Source of the DNA: Azolla caroliniana
Taxonomy: Eukaryota > Plantae > Polypodiophyta
Assembly (NCBI GenBank): GCA_043228905.1
Contig: JBHGNT010000011.1
Location: forward strand, 8,804,001-8,868,000
Direction of reading: 5' to 3'
DNA: 64,000 nucleotides
This document shows positions 38,526 to 51,291 of the stretch, piece after piece (positions within the stretch are counted from its first letter, which is position 1; each line of letters opens with the position of its first letter). The translations under genes and the position numbers were made by a program. Below the pieces are notes generated by a model. It was given only the letters and a program-made list of their open reading frames with translations, was not told where the DNA came from and ran no database searches.

Positions 38526-41500
38526 TGTTGGGATTTCGGTCCCTCCGGATGGGATGTCCGGAGATGAATGACGGCAAGCCCGGAGGCTGTTACGGAACCG
38601 TATGATGAAGAGTACCCGGCATGAAGCCGGATGAAGAGTACCCGACTGCGGATCCGGATGATGAAGACCCCGGTTACGGAGCCGGATGCTGAAGACCCCG
38701 GTTACGGAGCCGGAGGACGTATGTACCCGGAGAGAGATCCGGATGCGGGGACATATTTGTGAATATGTTTGCCAAGGGCCCTTGGGGCTATATTTGTAAA
38801 TAGCCCGAAAGTCATATATGTATAAATATGACTTAGGGCAAACAGTTTTGTTGTTGTTGCTCATTTTTCTGTTTTCCACTGAGAGGGAGCGAAGTGAGAG
38901 CAGCCGAGAGAGAGAGAAAGAGGAAGGAAGAGGTCGACGCCTCTATGTAATACCGCCGCCTGTGGCGAGGACAGCGAGCTCAAGGTCGTCGCCTTGCAGC
39001 TCGCCATTGTACATTCCCCACGTATAGTGATAGTTGGAGTCTTGCACTCCCGTGGTTTTTTTTCCCATTTAGGGTTTTCCACGCAAAACATCCAGTGTAC
39101 CCTTCTCTCTATTGTCTTCGTGCATTCTTGTATTTCCCGTTTTCTGTGAATCGATCCTGTTCCTCGGTTGTGGCCGAGCACGGAATTACAACAAAGTGGT
39201 ATCAGAGTGACGGTAACACAGAAAATGGAAGGCGGCAGCAGCGGGCAGCCGGGGATGATGGTGCTGAATGCGCAGAATTACGCCGACTGGAAGATCAAGA
39301 TGGAGGATCTTCTGATTGTTCGGGATCTGTACGAACCGATTGACAGGTCGGAAATACCGAAGGGGGTACTTGAGTCGGAATGGAGGCTTCTGAACCGGAA
39401 AGCCGTTGCAACCATTCGGCAATACGTCGACGTGAGTGTTCTACAACACGTGGCGAACGACACCAACGCATATGAGATGTGGCGGGAGCTGTCGGGCCTC
39501 TACGAGAGGAAGAATGCGTTGAACCGGACTTCCCTGATGAGAAAGATAGTGAACCTCAAGTACCGGGACGGCGAGAGTATGGTGGAACATGTAAGCACGT
39601 TCATGGGATTCGTTAACCAGCTGCGGCGATCAAGTTCCCGTTGGAGGATGCAATGCAAGCCATCATTCTGATGTGTACATTGCCGGACAGCTGGGAGAAC
39701 TTGGTGGTGACTCTCAGCACCTCCTGCACCGAAGATAACTTGTCCCTACAAACGGTAAAGACGAGTATTTTGAACGAAGAAGCGCGTCGGAGAGATAAAG
39801 AACCGGCCTCTGACTCGAAGGTGCTGCTTACCGAATCGGAACGGGGAAGACAATGGAACCGGAGTCCGCAAAGACGGGAGAAGTCGGGGACCCGGTCGCA
39901 GTCAAGAGGAAGACCCACATGCTTCCATTGTGGGAAGCCGGGGCACTTCCGGAAGAATTGTCGGCATTACCGAAAGGACAACGGAGCCGACGACACCGAT
40001 TCGAAGAAGTCACCGGAGAGAAACGGTGCATACCGGGGAGCCACGGACCGGAGAGGTCCGGATCGGCGAGGGTAGGACCGGAAAGGAACGACGGCACTCA
40101 CGGCAAGTGAAGAAGAGATAATGCTCATTACCGAAGAGAGGGAGCTGAACCTTGCCGGTGAAGAGATGACCTGGGTGGTCGATTCCGGAGCGTCGTTCCA
40201 CCTGACCCCGGAGAAGAAATACTTCTCATCCTACACAGCCGGTGAGCACGGCTGTGTCCGGATGGGAAATGAAGGTACATGCCGGATTGCCGGCATAGGA
40301 GACGTGTGGCTGATGACATCAACCGGATGCAAGATGCTGCTGAAGGATGTCCGTCACGTTCCGGAGGTTCGATTGAACCTGATTTCGGCCGGGAGGCTAG
40401 ACGATGAAGGCTACACGGGTAGCATCCAGAACGGTGTCATGAAGTTCAGCAAAGGGAGCTTGATAGTGGCTCGAGCCCGGAAGGTCAACACACTGTACCT
40501 GATGAATTCCCGGCTATGTCCGGAGGAGCTGAACGTGGCAGCTGACACTGCCGGTGAGCTATGGCACAAGAGACTGTGCCACATGAGCGAGAAGGGGATG
40601 AAGAGACTTGCCGAAGACAACCTGATACCGGTAAAGCACGTACACTTGGGGAAGTGTACCGACTGTCTGGCCGATAAGCAGAACCGAACCTCCTTCCGCT
40701 CAAGACCACCGATGAGACGTAGTGTACCATTGGAGTTGGTACACACTGATGTGTGTCAGGTAGAAACGAAGTCACATGGCGGAGCCCAGTACTTCGTAAC
40801 ATTCATAGATGACCATAGCCGGAAGCTGTGGACGGCACCGTTGAAGACAAAGGACCAAGTATTGTCTGTCTTCAAAGAACTCCACGCGAGAGTGGAAAGG
40901 GAATCCGGCAAGAAGCTGAAAGCGATACGAGCGGATAACGGAGGGGAATACCGGGGGCAGTTCGAGGAGTACTGTCGCTCGAAGGGAATCCGGCTCGAGT
41001 TTACTGTGCCGAAGACGCCGGAACTGAACGGGCTGGCCGAGAGGATGAACCGGACCATAATGGAGAGAGTCCGGAGTATGCTAGCACATGCGAAATTACC
41101 CAAGGGATTTTGGGCTGAGGCAATGTCGACGGCGACGTATGTGATAAATAGATCACCCTCAGTACCTTTGGACGGAGACACGCCGCAGAAAGTGTGGACC
41201 AGTAAGGAAGTGTCCTACCGGCATCTGAAGGTGTTCGGGTGTCTCGCATACGTGCATGTGGCAAAGGACCGGAGAGGAAAGTTAGATCCAAAGACCCGGC
41301 CATGCATATTCCTCGGTTACGGCGACGACGAGTTCGGCTACCGAGTATGGGACCCGGTCGACAAGAAGATATTCAGGAGTCGAGATATCATCTTCATGGA
41401 GGACAAGACGCTCGCCGACTGGGAGTCGGAGAAGAAGATGAAGAGCTCCAAGTCGACCGGTGAGAATCAACTCTACGAGGAGCAGTCCCGACCGGCAAGG

Positions 41501-43975
41501 GACCGGTTAGCACTCGAGGATCCGGCCGAAGACGGTGAAGAAACAGAACCGGCCGAGGAAGATGAAACTGATACCGGAACCGGCCCCGATCCCGAAATGG
41601 ATTCGGATGAAGAGGAAACGGAGGAGCCGGTTACCGAAGCTCCGGAACGGAGATATCCTCTAAGAGAGAGAAGGGCCCCCCGGAGATTTCCGGAACCTGA
41701 GCACGTGCTGCTGACCGACGAGGGGGAGCCGGAGAGTTTTGAAGAAGCAAAGCTTGACACCCATAGCCGCAGGTGGTTAAGTGCCATGCAGGAGGAGATG
41801 GATTCCCTGCATGAGAACCACACATATGAACTTGTGGAGTTGCCGAAAGGAAAGCGGGCACTTCGAAACAAGTGGGTGTTCAAGCTGAAACCGGGAGATG
41901 CCGGAAACCCCCCGAGATACAAAGCCAGGATCGTGGTGAAGGGGTTCCAGCAGAAGAAGGGCGTCGACTTCGACGAGATATTTGCCCCGGTAGTGAAGAT
42001 GACCTCCATCCGGACGGTGCTGAGCATAGCGGCAAGCATGGACCTCGAGGTAGAACAGATGGACGTGAAGACGGCATTCCTTCACGGTGACCTCGAAGAA
42101 GAGATCTACATGCAGCAACCGGAAGGATTCGAGAAGAAAGGGAAGGAGCACCTGGTATGCCGGTTGAAGAAGAGCCTTTACGGACTGAAGCAGGCTCCCC
42201 GGCAATGGTACCGGAAGTTCGACTCCTTCATGACCGACGAAGGGTACCACAAAACGCAGTCTGATCACTGCGTGTTTGTGAAGAAGTTCGAAGGAGGAGA
42301 CTCTCTAATACTCCTCCTGTACGTGGACGACATGTTGATCGTCGGACGGGACCAGGTCAAGATACGGACGCTGAAGAAAGCGCTTCACCGAACCTTCTCA
42401 ATGAAGGACCTGGGTCCGGTGAGGCAAATACTAGGGATGCACATCATCCGGGACCGGAAGAAGAAGCAGTTGTGGCTGTCACAGGAGAAGTACGTGACAA
42501 AGGTGCTTCACCGGTTCAACATGTCGGAAGCAAGACCGGTCGGGTCAACCCTCCCGGCAAACTGCAAGTTGTCCAGCAAGCAAAGCCCCATGACAAAGGC
42601 TGAGAAGGAGGACATGATGAAAGTACCATATGCCTCTGCCGTCGGAAGCTTGATGTACGCAATGGTGTGTACAAGACCGGACATAGGATATGCAGTTGGA
42701 GTGGTGAGCCGGTACATGAGCAATCCCGGCAAAGAGCACTGGAACGCGGTCAAGTGGATACTCCGATACCTGAAGGGCACGGCAAACGTGTGCCTCCGAT
42801 TCGGCTCCGGTAAGCCTGAACTCGACGGCTTTACCGATTCGGATATGTCGGCTGATGCAGATACCAGCCGGTCCACATCAGGGTATGTGATGACGTATGC
42901 AGGTGGAGCTGTTTCGTGGCAGTCGAGGCTGCAGAAGACGGTTGCGCTGTCAACCACGGAGGCGGAGTACATGGCGGCTGTTGAAGCCGGCAAGGAAATA
43001 ATATGGATGAAGGACTTCATTAGAGAGCTCGGTATCCGGCAGGAGGAGTACCAACTCTACTGCGACAGTCAGAGTGCCATCCACCTTGCGAAGAACGCGG
43101 CCTACCATTCCCGGACGAAACACATCCAGCGTAGATACCACTGGATCCGGGAGAGGATAGAAGACAAGGAGTTCGTGCTGACGAAGATCCACACGGACGA
43201 GAACGGTTCGGATATGCTGACCAAGGTGCTCACACCCGACAAGCTGGAAGCATGCCGGAAGAGGATCGGGTTGGAGAGACATCCCATGCCGAAGTGAAGG
43301 GGGAGTTTGTTGGGATTTCGGTCCCTCCGGATGGGATGTCCGGAGATGAATGACGGCAAGCCCGGAGGCTGTTACGGAACCGTATGATGAAGAGTACCCG
43401 GCATGAAGCCGGATGAAGAGTACCCGACTACGGATCCGGATGATGAAGACCCCGGTTACGGAGCCGGATGCTGAAGACCCCGGTTACGGAGCCGGAGGAC
43501 GTATGTACCCGGAGAGAGATCCGGATGCGGGGACATATTTGTGAATATGTTTGCCAAGGGCCCTTGGGGCTATATTTGTAAATAGCCCAAAAGTCATATA
43601 TGTATAAATATGACTTAGGGCAAACAGTTTTGTTGTTGTTGCTCATTTTTCTGTTTTCCACTGAGCGGGAGCGAAGTGAGAGCAGCCGAGAGAGAGAGAA
43701 AGAGGAAGGAAGAGGTCGACGCCTCTATGTAATACCGCCGCCTGTGGCGAGGACAGCGAGCTCAAGGTCGTCGCCTTGCAGCTCGCCATTGTACATTCCC
43801 CGCGTATAGTGATAGTTGGAGTCTTGCACTCCCGTGGTTTTTTTTCCCATTTAGGGTTTTCCACGCAAAACATCCAGTGTACCCTTCTCTCTATTGTCTT
43901 CGTGCATTCTTGTATTTCCCGTTTTCTTTGAATCGATCCTGTTCCTCGGTTGTGGCCGAGCACGGAATTACAACA
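38526..43975 (+). mobile_element. Tork/Tnt1-like copia C2, full length, TSD GATAC; among the youngest insertions
   Basis: LTRs 38526..39193 and 43308..43975 (668 bp, about 5 differences by eye); PBS tggtatcagag ~39197; PPT tgaagggggag. Confidence 0.96.
39225..43297 (+). pseudogene. pol: C2 gag-pol; one frameshift (~39625) and one stop (40073) in gag; pol part 40121..43297 open (1058 aa)
   Basis: Complete protease-IN-RT-RH motifs ending HSRTKHI...SDMLTK. Confidence 0.93.
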
Positions 43976-46285
43976 GATACCAGCCGGTCTACATCCGGGT
44001 ATGTGATGACATATGCAGGGGGAGCTGTTTCATGGCAGTCGAGGCTGCAGAAGACGGTTGCATTGTCAACCACGGAGGCGGAGTACATGGCAGCTGTGGA
44101 AGCCGGCAAGGAAATCTTATGGATGAAGGACTTCATTGGTGAGCTCGGTATACGGCAAGAGGAATACCGACTCTATTGCGACAGTGAAAGTGCCATCCAC
44201 CTTGCTAAGAATGCGGCCTACCATTCCTGGACAAAGCATATCCAGCGGAGGTATCACTGGATCCGGGAAAGAGTAGATGACCAGGAGTTCGCACTGACGA
44301 AGATCCACACGGCCGAGAACGGGTCAGATATGCTGACCAAAGTGCTGACTCCCGACAAGCTGGATGCATGCCGGAAGAGAATCGGACTGGAAAGACACCC
44401 CATGCCGGAGTGAAGGGAGAGTTTGTTGGGAGACAGGTCCCTCCGGATGGGAAGGGAGAAGAACAGTGTCGACGAACAAACTCGGTATGAACCGAAACGG
44501 TATGAGGAGTACCCGGCTACGGAGAGCCGGATGGTGCAGGCCCGGTATGAACCGGAGGAAGAGACATATTCGTAAATATGTTTCTCAGAGCCCATTGTGG
44601 CTATATTTGTAAATAGCCGAAAATTCATATTAGTATAAATATGACTTAGGGCAAACTAATATTATGTTGTTGTCATTCTTCCTTGTTGGTGCAAGAAGAA
44701 GAGAGAGAGTGCGTAACTGTACAGAGATAGAGATAGAGAGACGAGGTCGTTGCCTTTGTTGTAACCGCCGCCTGTGGCGAAGATTTGTGAGCACGAAGTC
44801 GGTGCCTCAGTGAACTCACTGTTTTGTACATTCATACATAGTGACAGTTTGCAGCCTGTGGGCTGCCGTGGTTTTTTCCCTAGCTTGGGGTTTTCCACGT
44901 AAACCTCCTGTGTACCTCTTCTCTCCTTTTGTGTCGCGTGTGCTTTTTTTGTTTCCTGTTTTTTCTGTGAAAGTAAAGAATCTCGGTTGTGGCCGAGCGT
45001 CGGACATAAGGAACGTTGGGTTCCCGTCACTTTATATAGTCACCCTCTCTCTTCATTAACTACGAGACTCATGGAGCATGGGGAATGTGAAAGCTCATAA
45101 GTTATGTGTCATAGAATATGATTCTATGACTCATACTAAATGCTAGAATACAAAGAGGTGACTTAATGGTGACTCTTGACCGTTGGAGTGTCTATTCACT
45201 CTCAAGGTGAGTTCACACACTAGACCAAGTTGAGCTTGATTCTCAACACGCCCCCTCAAGCTCAAGTAGGGTCGGTTTCAGACGGTATTCGAAATCCGCT
45301 TCGACTCGCGTTCCGGAGTCCGCGTCGACTCGCTTTATGCGGAGATGCGGAATCCATGCTCCAGCTTGCGTTGTGCGTAGTTGCGAAGTCTTTGCTTCGG
45401 CTTTCACACGTTATTGCGTGATGTCTTCAGTACTCCCCCTCAAGCTTGGCAGGTCAAGGATCGTCAATCCGAGATCGGTCATGAATTGCCATAGCTTGTC
45501 GGCTCCTAAGGCTTTAGTGAAGATGTCGGCCGTTTGAAGATTTGTGCTAATGTGTTGTAGGTCGACATCACCAGCTAGAACGCGCTCTCGGATGAAGTGA
45601 TAGTGCACTTCGATGTGCTTTGTCCCCGTGTGGAACACTGGGTTCCGAGCCAGATAAATACTGCTAATGTTGTCGCAGTAAAGGGAAGTCAGATCCTTGA
45701 TGGGTACGCCCAGATCCTTCAAAATCCTCTTGAGCCATACGGCTTCACACGCAGCTACGGCTGCGCCCATGTATTCCGCCTCCGTACTCGAAAGAGCGAC
45801 GGTAGGATGCTTCTTGCTACTCCAGGATATTGCTCCACTACCGAGGGAGAAAACAAATACGGAGGTTGATCTTCTATCAGCTTTGTAGCCGGCCTAATCG
45901 GCGTCTGTGTACCCCTTGAGTCGTATTGGCATCGCGGTCTTGTAGAGGATGCCACAATCCATTGTGCCGCTCACCTATTGTTGTCTGCCTGGCCGGACTA
46001 GCCTCAACACAGGTGTCTATCTGACACTTCTCCAAAGGGGTGGTAAGGATTGGATGCTAGGTTACACGCGTAAGATGATTACACTAAGCACAGACGGTAA
46101 AACAATACAAAGACAAAGATAAACACGCAATAAGTATATTTGTATTACTTCCGTAAAGCATTTACAAATCATCGGATCCTTTTATAGGCATCCGACAAGG
46201 TTACAATCGGTGCGCTTAGGCAACCGGCATCCGAATCAGTCCGGATCCGGATCGGTACAACTGTACCGGATCCGGATCGGTACAA

Positions 46286-49249
46286 TTTGCTGCTCCGGCT
46301 CTGCTTGATTCTGTGGTGCCGGTGCTTCCTCACCGCTCCGTCCTGGTTCTTCCTGTTCTTCCTCCGTTCCAGGCTCTGTTCTGTTACCAGTGTCGCTTTC
46401 TCCGGTCTTGACTGGTCGGTTCGGTGCGCCTTCTTCCTCTGCTCCGGTGTTTTCCGGTCTCAGCTCTTCTTCTTCCCCGGCATCGGTCTGCACCTGCTCT
46501 TCTTGATTTTCTTGGAACGGAAGTTCTTCTTCGGGTATTCCTTGTCGGGGTTGTTCGGTGTCGGTTGGTTCAGCTTCAGCCGGTCGCTGTCCCTCACTTA
46601 TAGTGATTGGCGTCGTTCTTCCCTCGGCTTCCTGTCGTAACCGGTCCTGCTCGTATTTCTCCAACTCCAACTGAGTTGCGAGCTGCCCGTCATCCAACCT
46701 CTCTACCAACCCTCGGATTTCTTTGAGATGTTCTTCCGCTAAAGCGTAGAAATCCTCCGACAATTCTTCCCGAATGGCGACGATACTTTCTTCATCCATC
46801 TTGTAGAACTTGTCACCGGTCTTCCTTCGATTCTCGGCATCAGCTCGGAGTGTCTGCAGCTCGGCTGCCTGTTGTGACCACTTCTTCCATAGCTTTTCCG
46901 TACTTTCGTTGATGCTTGCCTGAGCTCGGGTACTCCAACATGACATGATGAGCTTGATCCGGTCAACCCCCGCTTTAGCATGCGCATAAGCTTCTTGCTT
47001 TTCCTTCCTTGCCCGTTTTATAATGTCGGCCATTATCTAAGCCTGGGCTTCGTAATCCGCTTTCTGCTTTTCATAGGCACTTTGTAGTTTGTTGATCATG
47101 AAGGTCGATCTTTCCTTTTCTTCATTCCTGATCTTGGTCAGATCCAGCTTTTCCCGCCTTAGCGCCTCTAATTCCTTCCTTCTCTCCGTCGCTTGGGTTA
47201 TTTCTGCCGACAATGCTTCCTTTTTGGCACTGACCTCGTCCATTGTCTTAGCCAGGTCTAATCGGGTCTCTTTGAGCTGTTCTTTCAGCTTCTCTATTTG
47301 CCGATCGTAGTCTGCTGCCCGTTTCTTGTTGTCCGACTCGGCCTGCTTGTGATCTCGGTAGAGTCGGTCGAAGTCCTCCGTCTTCTGCTTCAAGCGTCGG
47401 CTTACTTGAGCTCTTAACTGGTCGTCCCGGTCCTTCTGTTGTCGGAGTTCTTCCTGCAGTCGCTCTATATCCTGCTCGGCCTGTCGACGCAGTCGGTCCT
47501 TCTCCTTTTGCAGCTTTTCTTTTTATTCTTGCAGTCGGTCATTAGTGGCTCGGCCTTTCCGGAGGCCTTCTTCCATTCTTTATCTGTCATCCTCCACCGC
47601 TTTCCGCTGCTCCCTTTCTTTTTCCCTTAATGCCTCCTGAGCTTTTAACTCCTCTCGCAAGGTTTCTATTATTTTTTCGGTCTCAGGGCCGGTTTGCAAG
47701 GCTACCGGTTCCGGTTCCAGTTCTGGTTGCTTCCTTGTTGTCCTGACCAGCTCGGTGACAACTTGTGCTTGTTGAATTCCTTCCCTCGCCTGCAACAGCT
47801 CCCCTTGCAACTCCTGGATCTGTGTTCGGAGCGCGACCAACTCCTGCGTTGTTGTATGCGTCAGGTGTTGCCTACACGTTTCTTCTTCCTCTAACTGGTC
47901 CGCTACTCCCGATACCTGCTCCGAAAGCCATCTCAGCCATTGTGGCTTTGTGCTTCCTATGTCGGAGTAGCATTGCTCACTTCTACTCCTTAACTCATGT
48001 TGTTTTTTCCGGCCTTTTCTCTGGCTCCGGCGCTTGTTCATTCCTCTTCTCTGGAATGACCGGTTCTCTGAAGACCGGGTTCCGGTACTGCTTCCGCCCC
48101 GGCTACTGGAGGTGGTCCTTGCGCCCTCTGCTGAGTTCTGTCAACTGGTGGAGTCGGTCCTCTCGCCTGTCTCTCCCGACCTTGTCTTGCTGGGAGTCTT
48201 ACCAGTGGTTCGGATGAATCTTCTGCTTCAACTTCCTCCTCCGGTGCGGCTACCAGACGGACCTTTTGTATAAAGTCCTCTGGTTCCGGTTCCGGCCGTC
48301 GCAGCGTTATATTGATTGGTTTGAGCGCTACCGGTTCTTCCTCAGCCGGTTTTCCTTTGCCTTTTCCTGCCGGTTTTGCCTTTTTTGCCGGTTCCTGTTG
48401 CTGTCGGGATGGTCCTTCCTCCCGCTGTTCTGCTTCTTCCTGGGTCCATCCGGGGGTGTGTTTCTCCAGGATATGTCGGCGCTTTGTGACCTTTTTCGGC
48501 GTCGTCTCCTGCCGACCTCTTTTCTGTTGTTTGATGGGGAGCACCGGTGGGACTTACACCGTTAGCCATTGTGCTATCCCGACCCATGGCTTTTTTCCTT
48601 CCACAAGGTTCTTGATGGCCTCCTTCAATCCTTCGGTTATGAAATGGAGCCAGTCCACTTGTAATCCTTCGTACGTTGCAATTAGGAACGCTGCCCGGTA
48701 TCTGGCTATGGTCGGGGGACGAGAATTCACGAATCCGTATTCCATCATGGCGCGGGCCACTTCTCCGAACAACAGGTTCTCTCCGCCCTGTGTTCTGTAC
48801 GCCTTGCTGCTGATGGAATACTCACCGAAATATTCGAACAGGATTTGACTTGAAGGGTTTTCGATCGTTTGAAGTCCTCCTGCTTTTATCCCCGTGAGCG
48901 CCTGCACCGCTCCTTCCGTGACTTCTGATAAATCAATCAATGCTGCCGCCTGCTCCGGTTCTGCGTGTGGTGGAGCGTCGGCGATCCGCAGCAATCCTTC
49001 TAACCCGTTCTCTATCATCCATTGGCGTGCCTCTTCCGACAGTGCCATTGGTTCGGATTCTTCTTCTGTTGTCTGTTGTTCGGGATCGGGATGTGTGTGC
49101 GCTGTGTGTCAGATCGCTCTTCTGTGCTTCTGCGCCTGTGTGTAGGAAAATTCGTAAAAAGTAAGTCCTTCGCAGGCCTGTGTCTTATATAGTGGCTTTT
49201 GCCTCGAGCCACCCTTTTTCGTTTCCCGCGCATGTCTATCTCCCGCCAT
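46286..49249 (-). pseudogene. A2 extra 3' ORF, degenerate
   Basis: Colinear and highly similar to A1 8437..11435. Confidence 0.85.
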
Positions 49250-49353
49250 AATTAGCATGTCCTTTCTTGGTTGCCGCGTGTGCGTAATACCTCGTACGTC
49301 GGTGCCCACGCTCTATGCTTTAAATAGCAAGTACGCGCACGTCCTCCTTTACT

Positions 49354-51291
49354 TCATGGTGCCGCTTGTTTTCTGATTGCCTCCTGGGCTTCCCACTCAG
49401 CGGTCTTCCCCTTTGACCGGGTTGTGACCTGCTGCACTTCCGTTATTTCAGCTGTAACCATGTTGACTGCCGGCTGCTTGTCATTGGTTTTGCTTGGGCA
49501 TTGGTTACTATAATGGCCCTCCTTACGGCAGTAATAACAGTACACCTTGTGACTGTTGCTCGTTTCTCTTTTGTCCCCGGTTTGGGGGGTGGGTATACTT
49601 CGGCGGTCGTCTTCGGTTTTTCAGTTATCCGGTACCGATACCGGGTTGTCATTCCTTGCTGCCTCCCAACGTTCCTCTCTTCGGACAAATCCATGCTTCT
49701 GATTCCGTCGGAAATTTCGGTTCCCTTGTCGCCTCTCTTTCCTGCGTCGTTCGTATTCCGGGGATTCGTCTCGGTCGTACCGGTCCCGGGGGTAGCTATC
49801 TCTGCGTTTCTCCTCTCGGTCATAGTTATCGCGTCTTCTATCAGCGTATCTGTTACCGCGTTCGCGTTGGTAGCGGTCGTCTCTCTGGAATTGATCCTCA
49901 TCCGGGTCCTGATTGCGCGGTTCTATGTGTCGAACCGGTGCCGCCTGCCGATTTAACAGGTTATATTCGCATCGGTCTGTTGTATGGGCTCGAGAGTTGC
50001 AGATCATACATTGTGTCCGCAGGTTGCAGTCTACCGTTGAGTGGCCCGAATTTAGGCATGTTGTGCATTGTAAGGCCTGTCGGAACCTCAGGTCTTCCTC
50101 CTTCGGGAGTGCCCGATGTAACATCTCCATCGACAAGAAGGAACTCGTCTTGTCCATTTCTAAGACCCGATCAATAACTTGGTCCATTGTGCTGGTGCGG
50201 AAATCAAGGACTCCGCACATCGTTCGAAGTGGCTCTTTTAGCGCGGCCAAAAAGACTGCTTTGGCTTCGTCTTCGGGTGGTGCTCTCGTCAGTTGGTTGT
50301 GCAGGGTCTGAAACCGAATGATGAATTGTGGCACAGTCTCGTTCTCTTCCTGCCGGGTGGTGTAGAACTACCCGACCAATTCCCTTTGCTCAACTTGTCT
50401 GTGAAAAAGCCTGAGGAATTTGGCCTTCAAGGCATCGAATGTGGCAAAGCTGCCCGGTAAGTTCTTTGCGTGCCATCGGGCCGCCGGTCCTTCTAAGGTC
50501 ATGCCGAATTCGGTGACTTTGGATCGTTCGGCTTCGGGCTCCGTCAGTCTTTGGGAGACATGGTTGGCTTCCCATGTTTGGAGGAATGCGTACACGTGTG
50601 CCTCCGCGTCGGGCTCATCCCGGTACTTTCGGTGTGGGTACGGCATCGTGTCATCCAACTGACTCTCCTGCTCTCTCCGCTCTTTGTCCGTTGTTGGCAT
50701 CGGTGTGAGAACCTTCGGTTCCTCCGCGGTTGGTGCCGGTATCCGCTCCTTCAGTTCCTCCGCGGGTGTTGCCGGTGTCCGGTCCTTTGGTTCCTCCGCG
50801 GGTGTTGTCGGTATCCGCTTCTTCGGTTCCTTCGCGGGTGTTGTCGGTATCCGGTCAGCCTCCCTCGGCGATTGCCGGTCACCGAACTCCAAGGTTATTT
50901 CTTCCTCTGGCTTCGGTGTTACTGAGTCTTCTGACTCCTCTTCCCCCGGGTCGTTTGGTGTGTCGTGGCTGCTTTTATACCGGGACGCAACGCTTCCGTC
51001 GCTTTCCGACTCCGCCTCGAGTGTTGCGAATGCTTCCGAATCCCCGTCGTCACCGGCGAGCGTCTGTAGTATCGTTTCCGCCTCTTGCAGGCTTGTTATG
51101 CTACTGCCTTCGTCGGGGACTTGCAGAACCCGGAACTGCAGTGCTTCTTCTGCGACTCTCCGAAGAGTTCTGGAGAATGACCGATCTCGCCGGATCTCGT
51201 CGACGGCTTGTTGCAGGGCTTCCCGTCGTTGCTCTCGTTCGGTGTATCGTCTCCCTCGTTCGGTGATGTGGTCGTCGTTTGGTCTAGACAT
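49354..51291 (-). pseudogene. gag: A2 gag with 36-bp tandem repeat (IPTTPAEEPK..; ~50700-50855) and three zinc knuckles
   Basis: CTTCLNSGHSTVDC, CMICNSRAHTTDRC, CYYCRKEGHYSNQC; in-frame stops. Confidence 0.88.

Larger units (their letters stand above)
34898..44413 (+). pseudogene. pol: C1 gag-pol (928-aa ORF, frameshift at ~37680, split by C2 at 38526; RH end at 43976..44413)
   Basis: CFYCGKPGHFQKNC; WVVDSGASFH; LWHKRLCH; HTDVC; FIDDHSR; NGLAERMNRT; QLDVKTAFLHG; YVDD; ALSTTEAEY. Confidence 0.93.
34210..45029 (+). mobile_element. Tork/Tnt1-like copia C1, TSD CTTTA, inserted in the 3' LTR of B2
   Basis: LTRs 34210..34867 and 44424..45029; PBS tggtatcagagc 34870-34881; PPT tgaagggagag. Confidence 0.95.

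Noticed and set aside
42859-44413. Apparent tandem element sharing an LTR (RH-LTR-RH-LTR)
   Set aside because: The GATAC TSD on both sides of 38526..43975 and the C1 frame rejoining (SDVDT|SRSTSGY) show a nested insertion of C2 into C1.
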